A stretch of 63,940 bases of DNA, counting the filler, from Rhizaria sp. SCN 62-66 (lineage: Eukaryota), in assembly GCA_001724265.1 (NCBI GenBank). It is 5 parts of 5 records of this genome, joined end to end, with 100 filler letters (N's around TTAATTAATTAA, not from the genome) between each part and the next. Parts side by side here need not be neighbours in the genome. Positions count along the whole stretch, not along the records: positions 14,056 to 28,001 come from MEDY01000517.1; positions 28,102 to 41,908 come from MEDY01000518.1; 3 more parts are not named here. One strand, given 5' to 3'. Under the pieces are notes generated by a model. The model was not told where the DNA came from and did no database searches. It saw only the letters and a list, made by a program, of their open reading frames with translations. A program made the translations under genes and the position numbers. Positions 24,901 to 38,500 of this stretch are shown in pieces (within the stretch, counting starts at the first letter, position 1; every line of letters begins with the position of its first letter).

Positions 24901-27315
24901 GCTAGAGCAACCTGTGTTGCTTGCATTAGCACTCGCATTTGCGCGTGAACCAGTGTTTCCCCTCTCGGTGCTTGTGTTGGTGTGGCTGTTGTCATCGGTG
25001 TTAGACTCAGCGTACGGGTCTTGGTCGGGGTCGTCGCGGTTCTCAGCGTCCCTGTCCCCGTATCCGTCGCCATACCCGTCGCCGTCGGTCTCGCCGTCGC
25101 GCGCCAGCTCGTCCGCCGCGACCGCTCCGGCGGCCACGAACGCCCCCGCGGCGACGCGGCCGGCGGCAACCGTGGCGGCCACGGCGGCGGCGTCGGCGGC
25201 GCGCGCGGGCTCGTCAGCCGCAGTGGGGCCGGACCGGCTAAGGCCCCGCGAGCCTTTTCCACTCGCACTCGCGCCCGCACTAGAACTAAAGGTTGAGTTG
25301 GAGCAAGAGTTAAAGCGGGAGCTTGCAGCGGGGGCGAACAAGCCCTTGGCAACACCGCTCGTCGTCGCTGCGGTCGCTGTACACGAGTGACCGTGCGCGG
25401 CGCGCGCGCGCGCGAGCGCCTCAAGCGCGTCTGCCTCCTCCGCCAGACGCACACATGCGGTGAGCTCAGTCCGCGCGCGGTCGCGGCGCTCGCGGGCGCT
25501 GCAGCGCTGCAGCCCGCGCTCACCGTCACCGCTAGCGCCACGCGCACTCGCACTCGCGCTAGCGCCAGCCGCGCCTGCGCCGACGCCAGTCGGCTCACTG
25601 GCAGTCGCACCTGGCGTCGTGGTGTGACGACTGGAGTCAGTTGCGTCAGCCCCGTGCGCGTCTGTCTCTGCCATGTGGGTGACCGGCGCAGCGACCGGCG
25701 CAGTGACTGTGAGCAGGGCGGCCGCGGCGCCGGAGGACAGGTGCGGCGCGGGCAGCGCGACCGTGAGCGTGGGCGGCGCTGCGGCTCCGGGCTGTGGCGC
25801 CGGACACGCAGTGCGCCCCGCCAGAGCGCCCGCGTTCACGCTCACGCTCACGGTCGAGTCGCTGCTAACAGTCGTTGCGCTCGCGCCAGCGGTGCTCGCG
25901 GAGGCTGCGGCGACCGCGGCGGCGGCAACCGAGGGCGCGACCGCGGCCGCGACCACCGCCGCTGCCTGAGGCGCCGCCGCCGCTGCCGCCGCGGCGACCG
26001 CCGCCAGCGCGGGCGGCGCGACTCCTGCGGCGGCGAGCGCGGGCGCGCGCGCGGTATAGAGGGCCTTCGCGCGGTCGTTGTGTGGTGCGAGCGCGAGCGC
26101 GCGGACTGAGAGCGACCAGCCCAGCGGACCGCAGAAGTACGAGGCGAGCTGCGTCGAGAGGGAGACGGGCAGCGAGAGCACTGTCGGGGGCGGGCCGCGG
26201 TGCGGGGCCGACAACAGCGCACTTGCACTCGCAGATGCAGATGCAGATGCATTGGCAGGGATAGCAGAGGGGTTCTGGGCTGAGGCACCAGCAGTTGAGC
26301 TGAGGTTGTTTTTGCTGCTATGACTGTTGTTACCGTTAGTTGCGGTATTGTTGTCGGCGTTAGTGGCGTCAATAGTCCTGTTGACAGCGAGACGCACAGT
26401 CAAACCCCTGCGCGCCTCACCAGCACTCGCATTAGCGCTCTGACTCGCACTGTTCCCGTTGTTATTTTGAATCAGAGCTGAAGAGCCTGCACTTGCACTG
26501 GCATCCCCAGGCTTGATCTCACTACTGCTTTCACTTACACTGTCGCCACCTGCGCTCTGAAGGCTGCTATTATTGAGAAGGCTATTGTTGTTAGTCGGCA
26601 GCAGCGGAGCTGAGCCCGAGAGCGCGCCGTAGCCGTCGAGCGCGCGCATCGCGCGCAGAGCGTCGGAGCGCGAGTAAAACCACACGTACGCGTGCAGGTC
26701 GGTCCGCTCCAGCCTCTCCAGTGCAGCACTCGCACTCACACTCACATGCGCGCTTGCACTCGCACTTGAAGTGGTGTCTGATGATGACGGGTTGATATTA
26801 TTGCTAATGATATCGCCGCTGTTGTTGTTGCTCCCTTGGTGTTGTTGCTGCATGCTTGCACCAAGCCCGGCAGTAACAAAGAAGTCAGGCCGCGCCCACT
26901 TGTCGTCGACCACGCTCCAGGGCGCCGCGTCCGCCGACACGCGGGGCACGCGGCGCCACGCCTCCAGCGCGGACCGCGGCGGCCTGGGCGCGAACGCCGT
27001 GGTGTCGTCGCCTATTGCGTCGGCAACGGCGGGGAAGGCGGAGGAACGCAGCGGGAGCCCCGCGGAGGGCCCGCCGGAGGGCGCGGGTGCGGCGGGGAAG
27101 GGCGCGTCGAGCGCGCCGAGCGTGGCGACCGCGCGGGCGCCCTCCTTGTGGAGCGCGACTGAGTGTAGAGGGCCGAAGGCCGAGAACGCACGGTGCACCC
27201 AGTGCGCGGTGACATGCGAGGCAAGCCCGCGCACAATCAACCGGTGGTCGGCCGGCGGGGGACGGCCAAGAAAGATGACCTCGCGCGTCGCGACGGCGTC
27301 GATGCTGCGCGACAT
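18904..27315 (-). CDS. RDM1: RDM1-like protein (RRM plus RAD52-motif), ~2803 aa, containing two in-frame TAG codons (20194-20196, 19108-19110)
   Basis: N-terminal RRM: LIVRGL..HRAFSAFGPLHSV, AYVWFYSRSDALRA, LTVRLA. STQLASYFCGPLGWS resembles RDM1 CQELANYYFGFNG. After the TAG, AVITLTVTLPS, TGLGIA and EAQKTALSRALAHAFSQV resemble RDM1 CALEVVLPS, PGIGLV and TAQKLAIQKALSDAFQKL. ORFs 20194..27315 and 19108..20166 share a frame; the first non-TAG stop is TAA at 18904-18906. Confidence 0.75.
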
Positions 27316-27839
27316 GCTGCCTGAGGTTGGGGCGAGACTTGTAAGGTCTCTCTCTGTTGGGGATAACCAGGGTGTTAAGAAGTGAAACTTTTTGAATACA
27401 TGTCTAATTTAAATAAAATTTGCCGCTACAAATCGTTACGCTTAACAACGGACGTCTTGCAGTACATTTCAAATATTGTCGAGCTCCCTATAAGGCGGGC
27501 GAACCAACTTCTCAGCAGCGTTTGTGGTTGGTGCACGGTTCCTAAAAATGGTCCGGTCAGAGCGAGAAGCGAGCTGTGACCGAAGCGCGACTGCGCACCA
27601 AGAGGGCTACTTTGAGCGTCATTTTGAGGTGCATCGCAACGTTGTTTAATACTGTCTCTTATTGATAGCATACAAATTGTTGTTGATATGTAAATTTATT
27701 TATTCAATTCCTGATCGGAGTCGATCCTGACTTTGTATACCCTGTTGCTTAACCCTCCGTCTCCGTTCGGTTGTTCGCCTCACCCTTTTGCCTTGCGCCT
27801 TGCTTTGCGCCACAATCGTGATCCCAGAGAGTCGTCCTC

Positions 27840-28001
27840 ATGCCGCACTCGTTCGGTTACCGCGCTCGCACGCGCTCCATGTTCTCCAAGGAGGCTGGCA
27901 CCCACGGCACTGTTGCCCTGTCCAAGTTCCAGACCACCTACCGCGTCGGCGACATCGTCGACCTCAAGGGTGATGGCTCCCTCCACAAGGGTATGCCCCA
28001 C
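27840..28001 (+). CDS. RPL21: 60S ribosomal protein eL21 (5' partial)
   Basis: MPHSFGYRARTRSMFSK...YRVGDIVDLKGDGSLHKGMPH is the conserved eL21 N-terminus; cut by the linker. Confidence 0.95.
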
Positions 28002-28101
28002 NNNNNNNNNNNNNNNNNNNNNNNNNNNNNNNNNNNNNNNNNNNNTTAATTAATTAANNNNNNNNNNNNNNNNNNNNNNNNNNNNNNNNNNNNNNNNNNN
28101 N
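28002..28101. other. Artificial contig linker
   Basis: N-run with TTAATTAATTAA. Confidence 0.97.
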
Positions 28102-28171
28102 ATGTTTATGAAATACAGCGTTAGCAGTGAAACACTACGTATAATCTCTTGGATAGTTTATTCCCTCATAC

Positions 28172-28790
28172 TTAGCACACATGGAACACATGATCTCCCA
28201 CGACCTTACGACCAAACGCGTCCCTCACGCCCAGAGTAGTCACCTGCGGCGCAGATGAGGCTCCAGCGCGCTCCCAACTGCGAGCGCGAGGGCGCTCATG
28301 GTCGTGTAGACGGGCGCCTGCGCGGCCTGAGACAGCGCGTGCAGTTGCAGCCGGAAGCCGCCGAGCGCGCGCAGCAACAACGCGATCTGCTTCGTCACTT
28401 CCTCCGCTTACGTCTCGGCCGCCCGCGAGCTGCGCAGTCGCGTCCTCGTACGCCGCGGGCAGCGAGGTGCCGTCGTCCAAGTCCGCGGCGCTGTCCGCAG
28501 GCGCCGTCACCGCTGCCGCTACTGCCACCGTTGCAGTTGTAGACACTGGTACAGCAGTCAGCAAAGTCGCTGCGGCACTGCGACTGGGGAGACCGCAGCT
28601 GTGTACGCAGAAGAAGCAAACGCATTAGCATCAGTCACCGTGCTGGCCGGAAGAGTTGTTGGGGCGGAGGCAAAAACATGCAGCGGCAGTGCTATCGGAT
28701 GTGTCAATAGCAACACTAACATTCGCTGTTGTCGTAGAGCGGACGTGACATTGGAGGCGGCAGCGGAGGCGGTCGCTCGCGCTTGCTTGC
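28172..28790 (-). pseudogene. Possible decayed, frameshifted coding fragment
   Basis: GC-rich Ala/Thr-rich peptide blocks appear in successive different frames (FASAPTTLPASTVTDANAF.., TLLTAVPVSTTATVAVAAAV.., EEVTKQIALLLRALGGFRLQL..) and are broken by TAA/TGA. No recognisable family. Confidence 0.3.
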
Positions 28791-29507
28791 TTGTATGGGT
28801 TGGACCGAAAAACGGACAACAATTTTTTTTTATTCCATCGCGGCCGGTCGGTCGGAGAGAGCGCCTTCTTTGTGATGTCTGATCGAGTCAAAAACTCGGC
28901 CTAAGTGGTTGATATAGCTTACATCGTATTTGTATCATAAGGAAAAATCGTATTTCATTGTTTATTGAGTTCGTAGAGGATGGTAGAGCTCATGGTCTGG
29001 AAATCCTAGACAAGGGCCAAAGGAGGACGGCCCAGCCTGTCGTCAGCCTTGGAATGACACTTTTTTGAGTCTACACACAATACTTTTGCGTGGTTTTAAT
29101 GTTTCACTCATCTAACTTACGTGAAATAGTTTACTAAACGAGTAGATTTTCCAAATGAACTTGTTATTGTTGTTAAACTGGCATTTCAATTTCGCCTCTT
29201 GGCCCCCACCCGCCAAACGAAGCCCCCTCGTCATCATTGTTGTCACGTCGTTTTCCGCCTAAATGCATCTTTTTAACAAGACACATGGAATGACAATCAG
29301 TTTCACACACTTTTATCTGACAAAACCTCGATATTTTTCTTCTTCAGTGCTGTTTGCGACGCTGTAGACTTGATTTCTTAACTTCTCGCCCCCCACCGCC
29401 CCAACCGCCTTCATCAGCCTGCTCCACTTCACCGTGCAAGTGCGCCGCATCCGTCACCTCTGCGGACGTCACCATCATAAGATCTCTTGGTGCTGCTTTT
29501 TAACACA

Positions 29508-32500
29508 ATGTGCGCGTTTAGCCGCGCTTTGCGGGCGCTATTGACGCTCTCAACGCTGATTTTTGTCTTCATATTGGTCCTCGGTGCCCCTCCAAGCTCC
29601 GCCACTGCTGCGCACAGCCCGATCAATAGCAGTAGCCCTTACGTTCCGCGAGTTGATGACAATGACGACACTGCTGTTAACATAGCCCCGCCAGCGTTTC
29701 CGATTCAGATCGACTCGGAAACGCGCGCGCTCGCCTACATGCGCTTCATCGACTATCTCACTGACAACTCCACAACGCGTGACCTTCTGTACCAAAGTCC
29801 TGTACACTTGCCGCCAAGCTTCTGGCGGAAGCTCGCGTTTGCGCTTGGTGACCCTTCGGACGGCCTTCCTCCTGATTATGTTCCAGGTCAGCCTTTAGAA
29901 ACTCCAGAGCAAGCGAACGCATTGCGCGCTGAGCGCGCCAAGTCCGCAAGCAACAGCCGCTTTGCTATGCTGCGCTCGCTTCGTCTCAGTCACGTTCGCT
30001 CCCATCGTGGTAATAGCAGCAGCAGCAGAAGCTCCAACGCCGGCAACAGCGGTACCACAAACAGTTACAGCGCTGATCATGATTTGTACAGTCGTAACAC
30101 AGGAACCTTTTTCCCAGCAGCGCACCAGATGCGTGAGCAGCAGTTTCAACAGCCGCAACAGCAGCCCGTCCGAGGTTTTAATACTCAAGCTGCGGCCGGT
30201 GGTAGGGTTTACGGGTATCGCGTTGTTGGTTCTGTTAAATACAGGGTAAACTCGTCTACGGCAGTCGAGGCTTACGGCTACCATGTCACCGAAATCCTGA
30301 TGTCAGTTGAGTGCACAGCGTGCACCTCCTTCCTTCTGTATGCAGGGTGGGCAATTTTCACCCCACAAATAACCGCATTTGTTGATTCGCCGTGCACTGG
30401 TGCTGCTGTATATATTGACAACTCGTGCAGTGAATATTTTTGCTTCTCCTTCCCTGCCGGCTTAGCTGTGAGCTCCTGCCCATCGACTCAATACCATTCT
30501 TCTCAGTTTTGGACAAGCTTTGTCGCAGGTGGTGCCTCCGACACGTCTGTACTAAATAAGCCTGGATGCATATCCGATGGTCGGACCAGTGCCTACTATG
30601 CGTCTACAGTGATTCCTGGCTACTCGATCGGCACTGCAGTCATGACTCCAGTCACACCGCTGGTACAGTATGACGTGTATCAACTGTCTGCCGCTATAAC
30701 CAGCCTGGGCGCAGTTCGCACAGGCACTGAGACGTCGTTCATCCTTGAGCTGAGCATACGTAACATCGTTGCGCGCTCCTTGGCATCGATCAAAGCTGCT
30801 CATGATTCTATGACGGGGTACACTTATAGTACAACCGTTGTTGACTTAGAGATCGACATCACTACCAGCAGCGGTGCTATTATAAGTGGGATGGACTATA
30901 TTGCTGTTGGACATACCTACATTCCGTTCTCCGCCCCGCTAACTGAGTCGAATGAAGCTGGAATTGCCTCCATTTCGTTGCGCTAGAAGAGGTCTAACAC
31001 TTAGTATGTGTTCCGGCTTAACCTCGGATACGCATTCCATAACTTCAATCCAGCCAACTCGTTGACCCTCCGCTTTCTTGCTTACACGGTCACCTCACTC
31101 TCGGCATTTTCCTCCGCTGCCTTATCAGTCTCTGCCAGGCCATCAACGTTTTTTACTGCCTCCCCTTCCTAGTATTGGAATTGGTTCGGATGTGGCAATA
31201 GCTACGCTAGCACGCGCATTTATTCTCCAGCTCAGCTACAGTTTGACGTGGAAGGAACAATGCGAACGGGCTCATCCGGATCCAATAATCTCCTTACAAC
31301 CTCATTTACAACGTGGTATAATGCCGGTGTAGAATCCCTTTTTAGCAGCGTTGGCGGCGTGCGCGGCACGATGCGCTTTTGCGATAGCTCGCAAGTGCTC
31401 TTCTCGTCAAGTTCTACCATTACAAACTCGGGTTGCTCCGTTGTCTCAGCCGCCACAACACGCTTTGTCTTTAGTTGCACTGCCGCGGCGACTCTTGGCT
31501 CGAGCAAGGTGCAATTAAATATTACGAACGTACAGTCACCTTCGAGTAAGGGGGCCCCATTAATCCCAGCGTATTGCCTTATGATTCATCTGACATCACA
31601 AGCGACCACGGGCTACCCAGTCACGGTGGCAACTTCATTAGCGTCGGCCATTGTTGCTAGCATGCGTACAATGTCTTACAGCTACAGCCCGAGCTCGCTT
31701 GTGTTGACGCCTGCTTCGGGCGATTATAGTCAGGTTGTTTCTACGTTTAGCGGTACCTTTAACATCGAGGCCGGCGAGAGTCTTACCACTTCCTCCTCTC
31801 TTACCTTCACAACAACCATGACATCATTTGACTTCTCTTCGGCTACCGCCTCGAGCGGCTGCACAGTCGCCAGCGCCGCGAGTAACCAGCTAGTGATCAG
31901 GCCAACCAGCGCCGTCGGTGCTGGCTCCATGATTTACTGCGCTGTTGCCAACATGCGCGTTGTCTTTGCCAACGGAGCCTCGCGTGTGTCATCTCTTGAC
32001 CCGTACATTATGAGTAAAGACGCACTGAAGCTCACGTCGCCATCAATCAACACGGGCATCTCCTCAAGCAACGACTTTGTGATCCGCGCTAGTACTGCGG
32101 CCTACTGGTGGCATATGACACCGACCAACCGCGTGCTTATCCAGAACTCCGTCCTTTCGTCCTCGCGCATGCTGCAAGTCAGCATGCTCATTTACTTCTA
32201 CGCCACGAGCCCTAGTGCCAGCAGTATTTCGTACACTGTGTCGTCATCGTGCAGCGACATTACGCTCGTCACGGCGTCAAGCTCGGTTTCGCCGTCGGGA
32301 GACTACCGCGTCACGACAGGAACAGCAACTTCAATCATCTTTGATGTTACGAACACGGCACGCTACGCGCTGGATCTGGCCTGCTTTAGCATGGGCTCAA
32401 TTGCCCGCGCTGTGGCTGCAACGCAGGCAGTGTCTCCGTACTCTCGTCAGATTGACTTCGTGTTTTATCCTGCGCGCGCGAGTCTTAGCTCTGGTATCGA

Positions 32501-35500
32501 TCTGGGTGTTACGACTCACACCACCGCTGCTATTAGTGTCGAATACGAAGTTGTTGTGTACGCGCACACGACGCTTGCGAGTGGCTGGGGGTTTACAATC
32601 ACACTACAAAGCGGAATTGCACAATATGCGACCATCACGTCCAATACTGCTGCCATCTCGTCGTTCACTAGTACGCTCACCAAGATATCGTGCTCAGTCG
32701 GCTACTCCAGCGCGACTGTAGCAACTGTAAGCTGCCCAGCACTAAGTGGCTCCGGAAATTATTACTCGCCGCGTGTATTCCGCTTTGGTCCCGTTATCAC
32801 AACGTATGGCCAGTACTTGTCAATGTTTAAGAGCTACAGCATTGCTGAAGGCGCGCTGGCCACGATTGCTGGCGTTAATGTGCCACAGCAAAACACAGAC
32901 CAGACTGATGATACTATTGTTGCGTCAGATTCCAAGCCAAGTGCCGTGGTTGCGCTTTACTTAACACGTGTCGTCTCTGCGACTGTTATTAATGCTACGA
33001 CAACGTCCCCCACAGTTACGGGCTCGTCGCAGCAGAATTACTTCGTACGCGTGTTCTTCTTTAAACGCATTTTATCAGCGACTGTCTCATATGCTTACAG
33101 TGCGACTTCAACTATGACTTCCCCCAGCTCGACTGGTTTGTCAAGCAGTTGCTCAAGCTTTGCACAAGGGAGCATTAAATGCTCGTCTTTGTTGTCTCCG
33201 GCGATGTATTTCTCGTTTTATACTGGGCTATATACGCTTGCGTACGAGAAAACGCAATTCGCAGCCTCTGAGTTTAGTTTCACTATCGTCACCTCTTACA
33301 CAACGGCTGGAGCCGACACTGCGTCTCTGTCTGCGTTTTCTCTCTCATTACTTGGTGCGCCTCTCACGTTTGACTCGCCTTTTGACTTCACCGCGACGCT
33401 AACTGAGATTACCTGGGCCAGTACAGACTTAACTGCAAAGTTCCATCTGTACCTGTTCCCGCACACAAGCCTTCTCAGCGCGCATAACGTTGTACTGCAA
33501 AGTAGCTGTGGTGTTTTTACCACGGGTAACCCTGTTGTACTTGTTAATAGCCTTACAACAGGCACGTGCGTGACTCGCTACAGCAGTGGATTTGCGCAGA
33601 TGTCGATGCCCGCAACGTGTATGCCCGCGCAGCCCAAGTTTGTTGGCTTCCAAATTGAAGCGGCTTATTCAATGAGCGCTGTCCACAAAACTGCATACGC
33701 TGCGACAGGAATAGTTCCCGCTTCTTGTTTCACATTAGTTGACTCTATTTCGTCGACCGCAATCACAGCGCTGCACAATGTCGACATTGGGCCAGTGCCA
33801 CCGCCAAACGCGTTTCTCTATGACGTCTCGCTTGCTCGGAGCTCAATATCTTCATCACAGCGCGCTCGCGTCGATGTCCGCACGGTGCTGACTGTGCCTA
33901 TTTCCGCAACGTCGGTCAAAATCACTGTGACAGTTTCTAATACCACGATTGACAACTGCCCCGCCGGACTTACAATTACCTCGTCCGCCGCGTTCTACGC
34001 TCTTGGCTCTAGTTGTACACGCACATCAGCTGCTGGTACTGAGCTCGTCGCCACGTGCACCGGCGGCCCTTGGGGCAACAAAAATGGCTTTGCTTTTGCC
34101 TTTGAATACCTCATTTTTCCGGCAGGCGGCAGTAATGTCGACGAAACACCGTACTTAGGTCCTGGCTGTATCACGGTTAAGATAGCCTACGGCTCTTTGA
34201 CACTAACCGGCATTCCTATGATGCCAGTTTGGTCACGCCCACTCTTAACAGCAGAGCTCGAACGCACACTAAGCACGGATGCGACTCAAGGTACTAATTA
34301 CCACCTCAGTATTGACTTAGGCGACGAAAAGTTTGTGTCTACCGGCAACGACTTTTCTTTCTTCGCTTTGCTGCGCGGCTTTAGTGGTCTTACTTTTTAC
34401 AGCCACAGTGGTTTTGTGACGACAAGTAAGATTGACTGGAGCGTGCGGCCTCCTGCATCTAGCGCAGTCGAGTTCGGACCCAGCGTGCCAGCTACTGCCG
34501 TTGGCGTCTGTCTGCCCACAGCTCCGTGCACCATTCGCATCCCTGTTACGGCCACGTTTGCTGGCACAGTGCCTGTTTTCACGTCTGTGAGTGTGTACAT
34601 TAAGGAGACCACCACGGGTCTGACGCGGCCCTATGCAATGGCTCCTGTGCGTATGCCTGCAGCCCTCATTCAACAGCAGCTGGTACCGCCTGCAATGCCT
34701 TTTAAAGCAACGGTTTTTACCGTGGTCGCTACTGCTTTGTCACCTTTAATCCGTGTGTTTTCAATCAACTTAATTGACTCTACACCACTTAACACCGTCG
34801 CGCTACAATACTGGGTTGTACGCCTGCCGCTGACCGGCTTCACCTATAGCAGCGCAAAGTACGCGATCAAAATTGGATCTGGCTCTACGTCAGCTGCCGT
34901 GTCTGTACCCACCAATGCTGAGATTACAATCCCGTACATTAGCTCGATGGTCGGCATTACCGTTGTAATGACTGTGAGTAGTGTGACATTAACGCTTGCG
35001 GAAACGCCCGAGCTAGTTTCAGTGGCATTAGAGCACTACTCCATGCGTAACTCGCTCACCGCAAATGCCACGCAGTCGAATCGCGTTGCCGCGCTTGGTT
35101 ACAGCGCGCTCCTACAAGACACGCGTTCCACGTACACTGTCTCGAGCAACACGTTTAGCGCTGGCCTCGGGCCTGTTTACGCAACCGCAGATTGCTCAAT
35201 GATTCTGGGACAGGCACGCTACCAAATGAAGTGCACTGTGGCATGGACCGGGCTGTTCGACATCACAACCAACATGAACCTTGCGCTCGTTACCCGCGCT
35301 GCGTCACCGCACACGACGCCGACCGGTGTGCGGCTCGAGAGTGCGACGCGCACTAGCCCGACACCGATCTCGGCTGCCTGCACGCCGGCGACGGCAGGCT
35401 TTCCTATTGCAATGGCTAGCTGTCTCACCAACGGTTACTCAACTCTCACGCTTGAAGTACTTATTTCTGCAGTCAGCTTCTTGGTTGAGCAGCAACTTGA

Positions 35501-38500
35501 GCTTGAGCTCCGCTCTGATACTGCACGCCGCGCTGTTGCCCAGATGCGCCCACCTCTCGGTGTGATTGCATTGACTGGCGTCGATCCTGTGTTTACAATA
35601 GCATCTTCAACCGCTCACAACGGACTCCTTGTGATAAAACCTGTGTTGTCGTACTATGCGAACACGCTTTCAAGTGCGCTCTTTGCGGAAATCGAAGTTG
35701 TTGGTGGTCGTTTCAACACCCGGTTTGCTGCGAACGCGAGTACGGGCACCGTAGCTGCTACATTTAACACGTGCAATGTTGAATGCACGCTTAATAATAT
35801 TATCTTCCCCAATGCTTCGTACTCCATTCTCTGTCCAATTTCAAGCTGCGCTCTGGCTGCGTCGGGAGAGATTGCAGTTTCCGTAACTAGCGGCTTTGTG
35901 CCTGGCCCAGCCACTGAAGAGCGCTCTGTGTTGCGACTGTCGATTGCGGCAACCATTGTTGGCACAAGCGGCGACCGTCGCGTGTTGTACACTGGACTTT
36001 TTAACTCTCCGCGTGGGGCACTGACTGGCAGTGATAGCTCCATTGGTACTGACACTACTACGTTAGGTTCACTCGCACCCCAGGAGGTACACACGTTGAC
36101 CCCAGCGGAAGACCTGTGCAACGGCGGTGATATTGTTCTCGACACTGGAGAGTATTTCCGCCTTACGCCGCCGCTTACTGCGCGCACCAACGCGGCTTGG
36201 GAGGCGTTGGCTGCCGCTCAATACCTGTGGCGCTCCCCAGATCTGGCGACTAGTGGCACGACAAATGTGACTTTAACTGCCGCTGTCTCGAGCAAACAGC
36301 GTTATCTTATTTTGCGCCCTCAGACTGAGGGTCGGGCATATTGTTTTAGCACGCGTCGGCCAAATATAGTAATCACTCTGTCTATTCCAATTCCTATGCT
36401 GTTAGTGGATAGTTTCGCCGTAGAGATTCTTTCTCGTGGTGGGCTCGTGCGCTACAAGCACTTGGCGCGCTTGTCAGCTGTGAACGCCAACACTTTACCT
36501 GCTGAGCTTTCGCTGGGCACGCGAGCGCAAGGCTCATATTCCGCAGTGGGTTTTGTGAAGATTACGGTTGCTAACCTGACTGTTTTGCAGGTTAATGAGG
36601 CGCGTTTCTTGCTGACTCTGGGCACAGCTTGTAATTACTTTCCTGCTATTGGTGAAACGACTCTGCAAATATCCGATAATGTCGTGTTTGGAACCAAACA
36701 ATTCACAATGACACCGTCCAAGACACCGTTTATCGGTCAACTATAGTTTTACATCAAAGCCACCGCAATTCCTGTTGTCGCCTATATCCCTGGTGTGTAC
36801 TGCTCTTTATCTGCCAACACAGCGGTTACTGTTGCGGCGTACTATGGCACAAGTGCGACAATCGTGATGAGCAAGTCGGCGTCGCTGCCTGTTGCAGCGC
36901 CCATGCCTAACATGCACGTTGCAATGTATGGAATGCACCTCAATGGCATGTTTGCCACATCGGCAGGCGCTCTGCGGCCAGTGGTTGCGGGCATCGCCGG
37001 ATACCCGTTCAGTGAAAAGTTTGATATGTCGTTTGTGATGATCTCTACACTAGGCATTCCCGCTAATTTTTATCTGTCGCTTATTGTGCCCTGGGTGACA
37101 ACAGAGACGTTTACTGTCTCTGTCCTTGACTCCACGCACGCCCCGATTACCAGTGTTGTCGCAACTCTTGTCCCCGCCGAGCGGCGAGTGTCACTTTATT
37201 TCATTTATGGCTGGCCTGCGGACGCACCTGTTATTGTTGTGCGCAGTGGCTCGTCTGTAGACCCTGCTGTTAGTTCACGTGAGGTCACCGCAAAAGTCAC
37301 AATGAACCTCGACAGCATGACGAGTAACGTCTTGGAGCAAGCAACAAACATAGTACCGCTGCGCACTGATTGGTATCAAGCACTTACATCAAGTGTCGCC
37401 GTTGCGCCGACTGTGCTTGGTAGTGGCTACGCTCGGGGTGTGTCGCTTACAGTAAGTTTCCGTGCTTCTGCCGCGACTTACATTGCGGTCTCGCCAAACC
37501 CGCGCTCTGTACTGCTGATCCTGTTCACAACAATTGCTAGTGCTACAACTGACGCTGCGCATGAGAAGGCAAAGTTAATCTTTTCCAATGCTGGTAGTAC
37601 AACCTTACAATGTGGATCTTTTGATGCAAACGTGCTGACAACGCCGCGTGCCTTTGGGCGCTATGCAACTGGAACAGCTGCAGATGGAAAAACTATTACG
37701 TATGCTCCTGGCTTCCGCATTGAGCTTGAGTACCAGGCCGCCGAAGTCAACGGCAACTGCGTCCTTACCGTCACTCACCTGCACGCAAGCAACGTTTACT
37801 ACCGTGATGCTCTTGCTTTGGTCACAAAAGCTACAGTAACTCTGCTCTCAGGCGCTAGCGCGGCTGTGCTGAATGACTTTTATTACAGCACTGCAACGGC
37901 CACTGTTACCACCACTGGGCTTGTCAAGACAAGTGTACTGCCGACACCGTGGGCGCAAATCCTGCCTCTTGCTCCGCTCTCCTTTAACTCGACTTCAACG
38001 ATGCGCTTTTTATCCGCTGGCAACGAGCTCTTAGTACTGGGGCCGCAAGCCTTCTTTTATACTGCATCAACCTTGACATCCAACGAACCTGGCTTTACCG
38101 GCCTTGGTGATGTGTTCTCGCTTGCGTTGCGAATGCAGATCAAATCAGTGCCTGCAGCCGCTACTGCGATGTGCTTTTCACTGCCTGTTGGCACAAACTC
38201 TAGTGCAACAGCAATCACACTGTACCTTGATGGGCAATCCGTTGCATCACCTGCGAGCGTTGTTGCCGGCAGCACTCCTTGTCCCGCTGGACTGCGCGAT
38301 GTACTGTCCACCTTTGATGCGCTCTCGTTTACAAGTAGCAGCGCGACGCGTGGCGACGCGCAGCGCGCAGTACTGCCAACCCAATGCGCGTGCACAAACA
38401 CAGAGACATTGCCCGCGTCACTGAAACAAGTTGACTCCATAATGACTGTTGTCATTCCTGGAATGCGTTTCATTCCATCGCTGCCCGATGACGCGATTGA

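Noticed and set aside
30984-36746. TAGs as acceptors of small in-frame introns, or as pseudogene lesions
   Set aside because: No GTACG donors or AT-rich intron-like sequence nearby, and no frameshift, TAA or TGA in over 12 kb.
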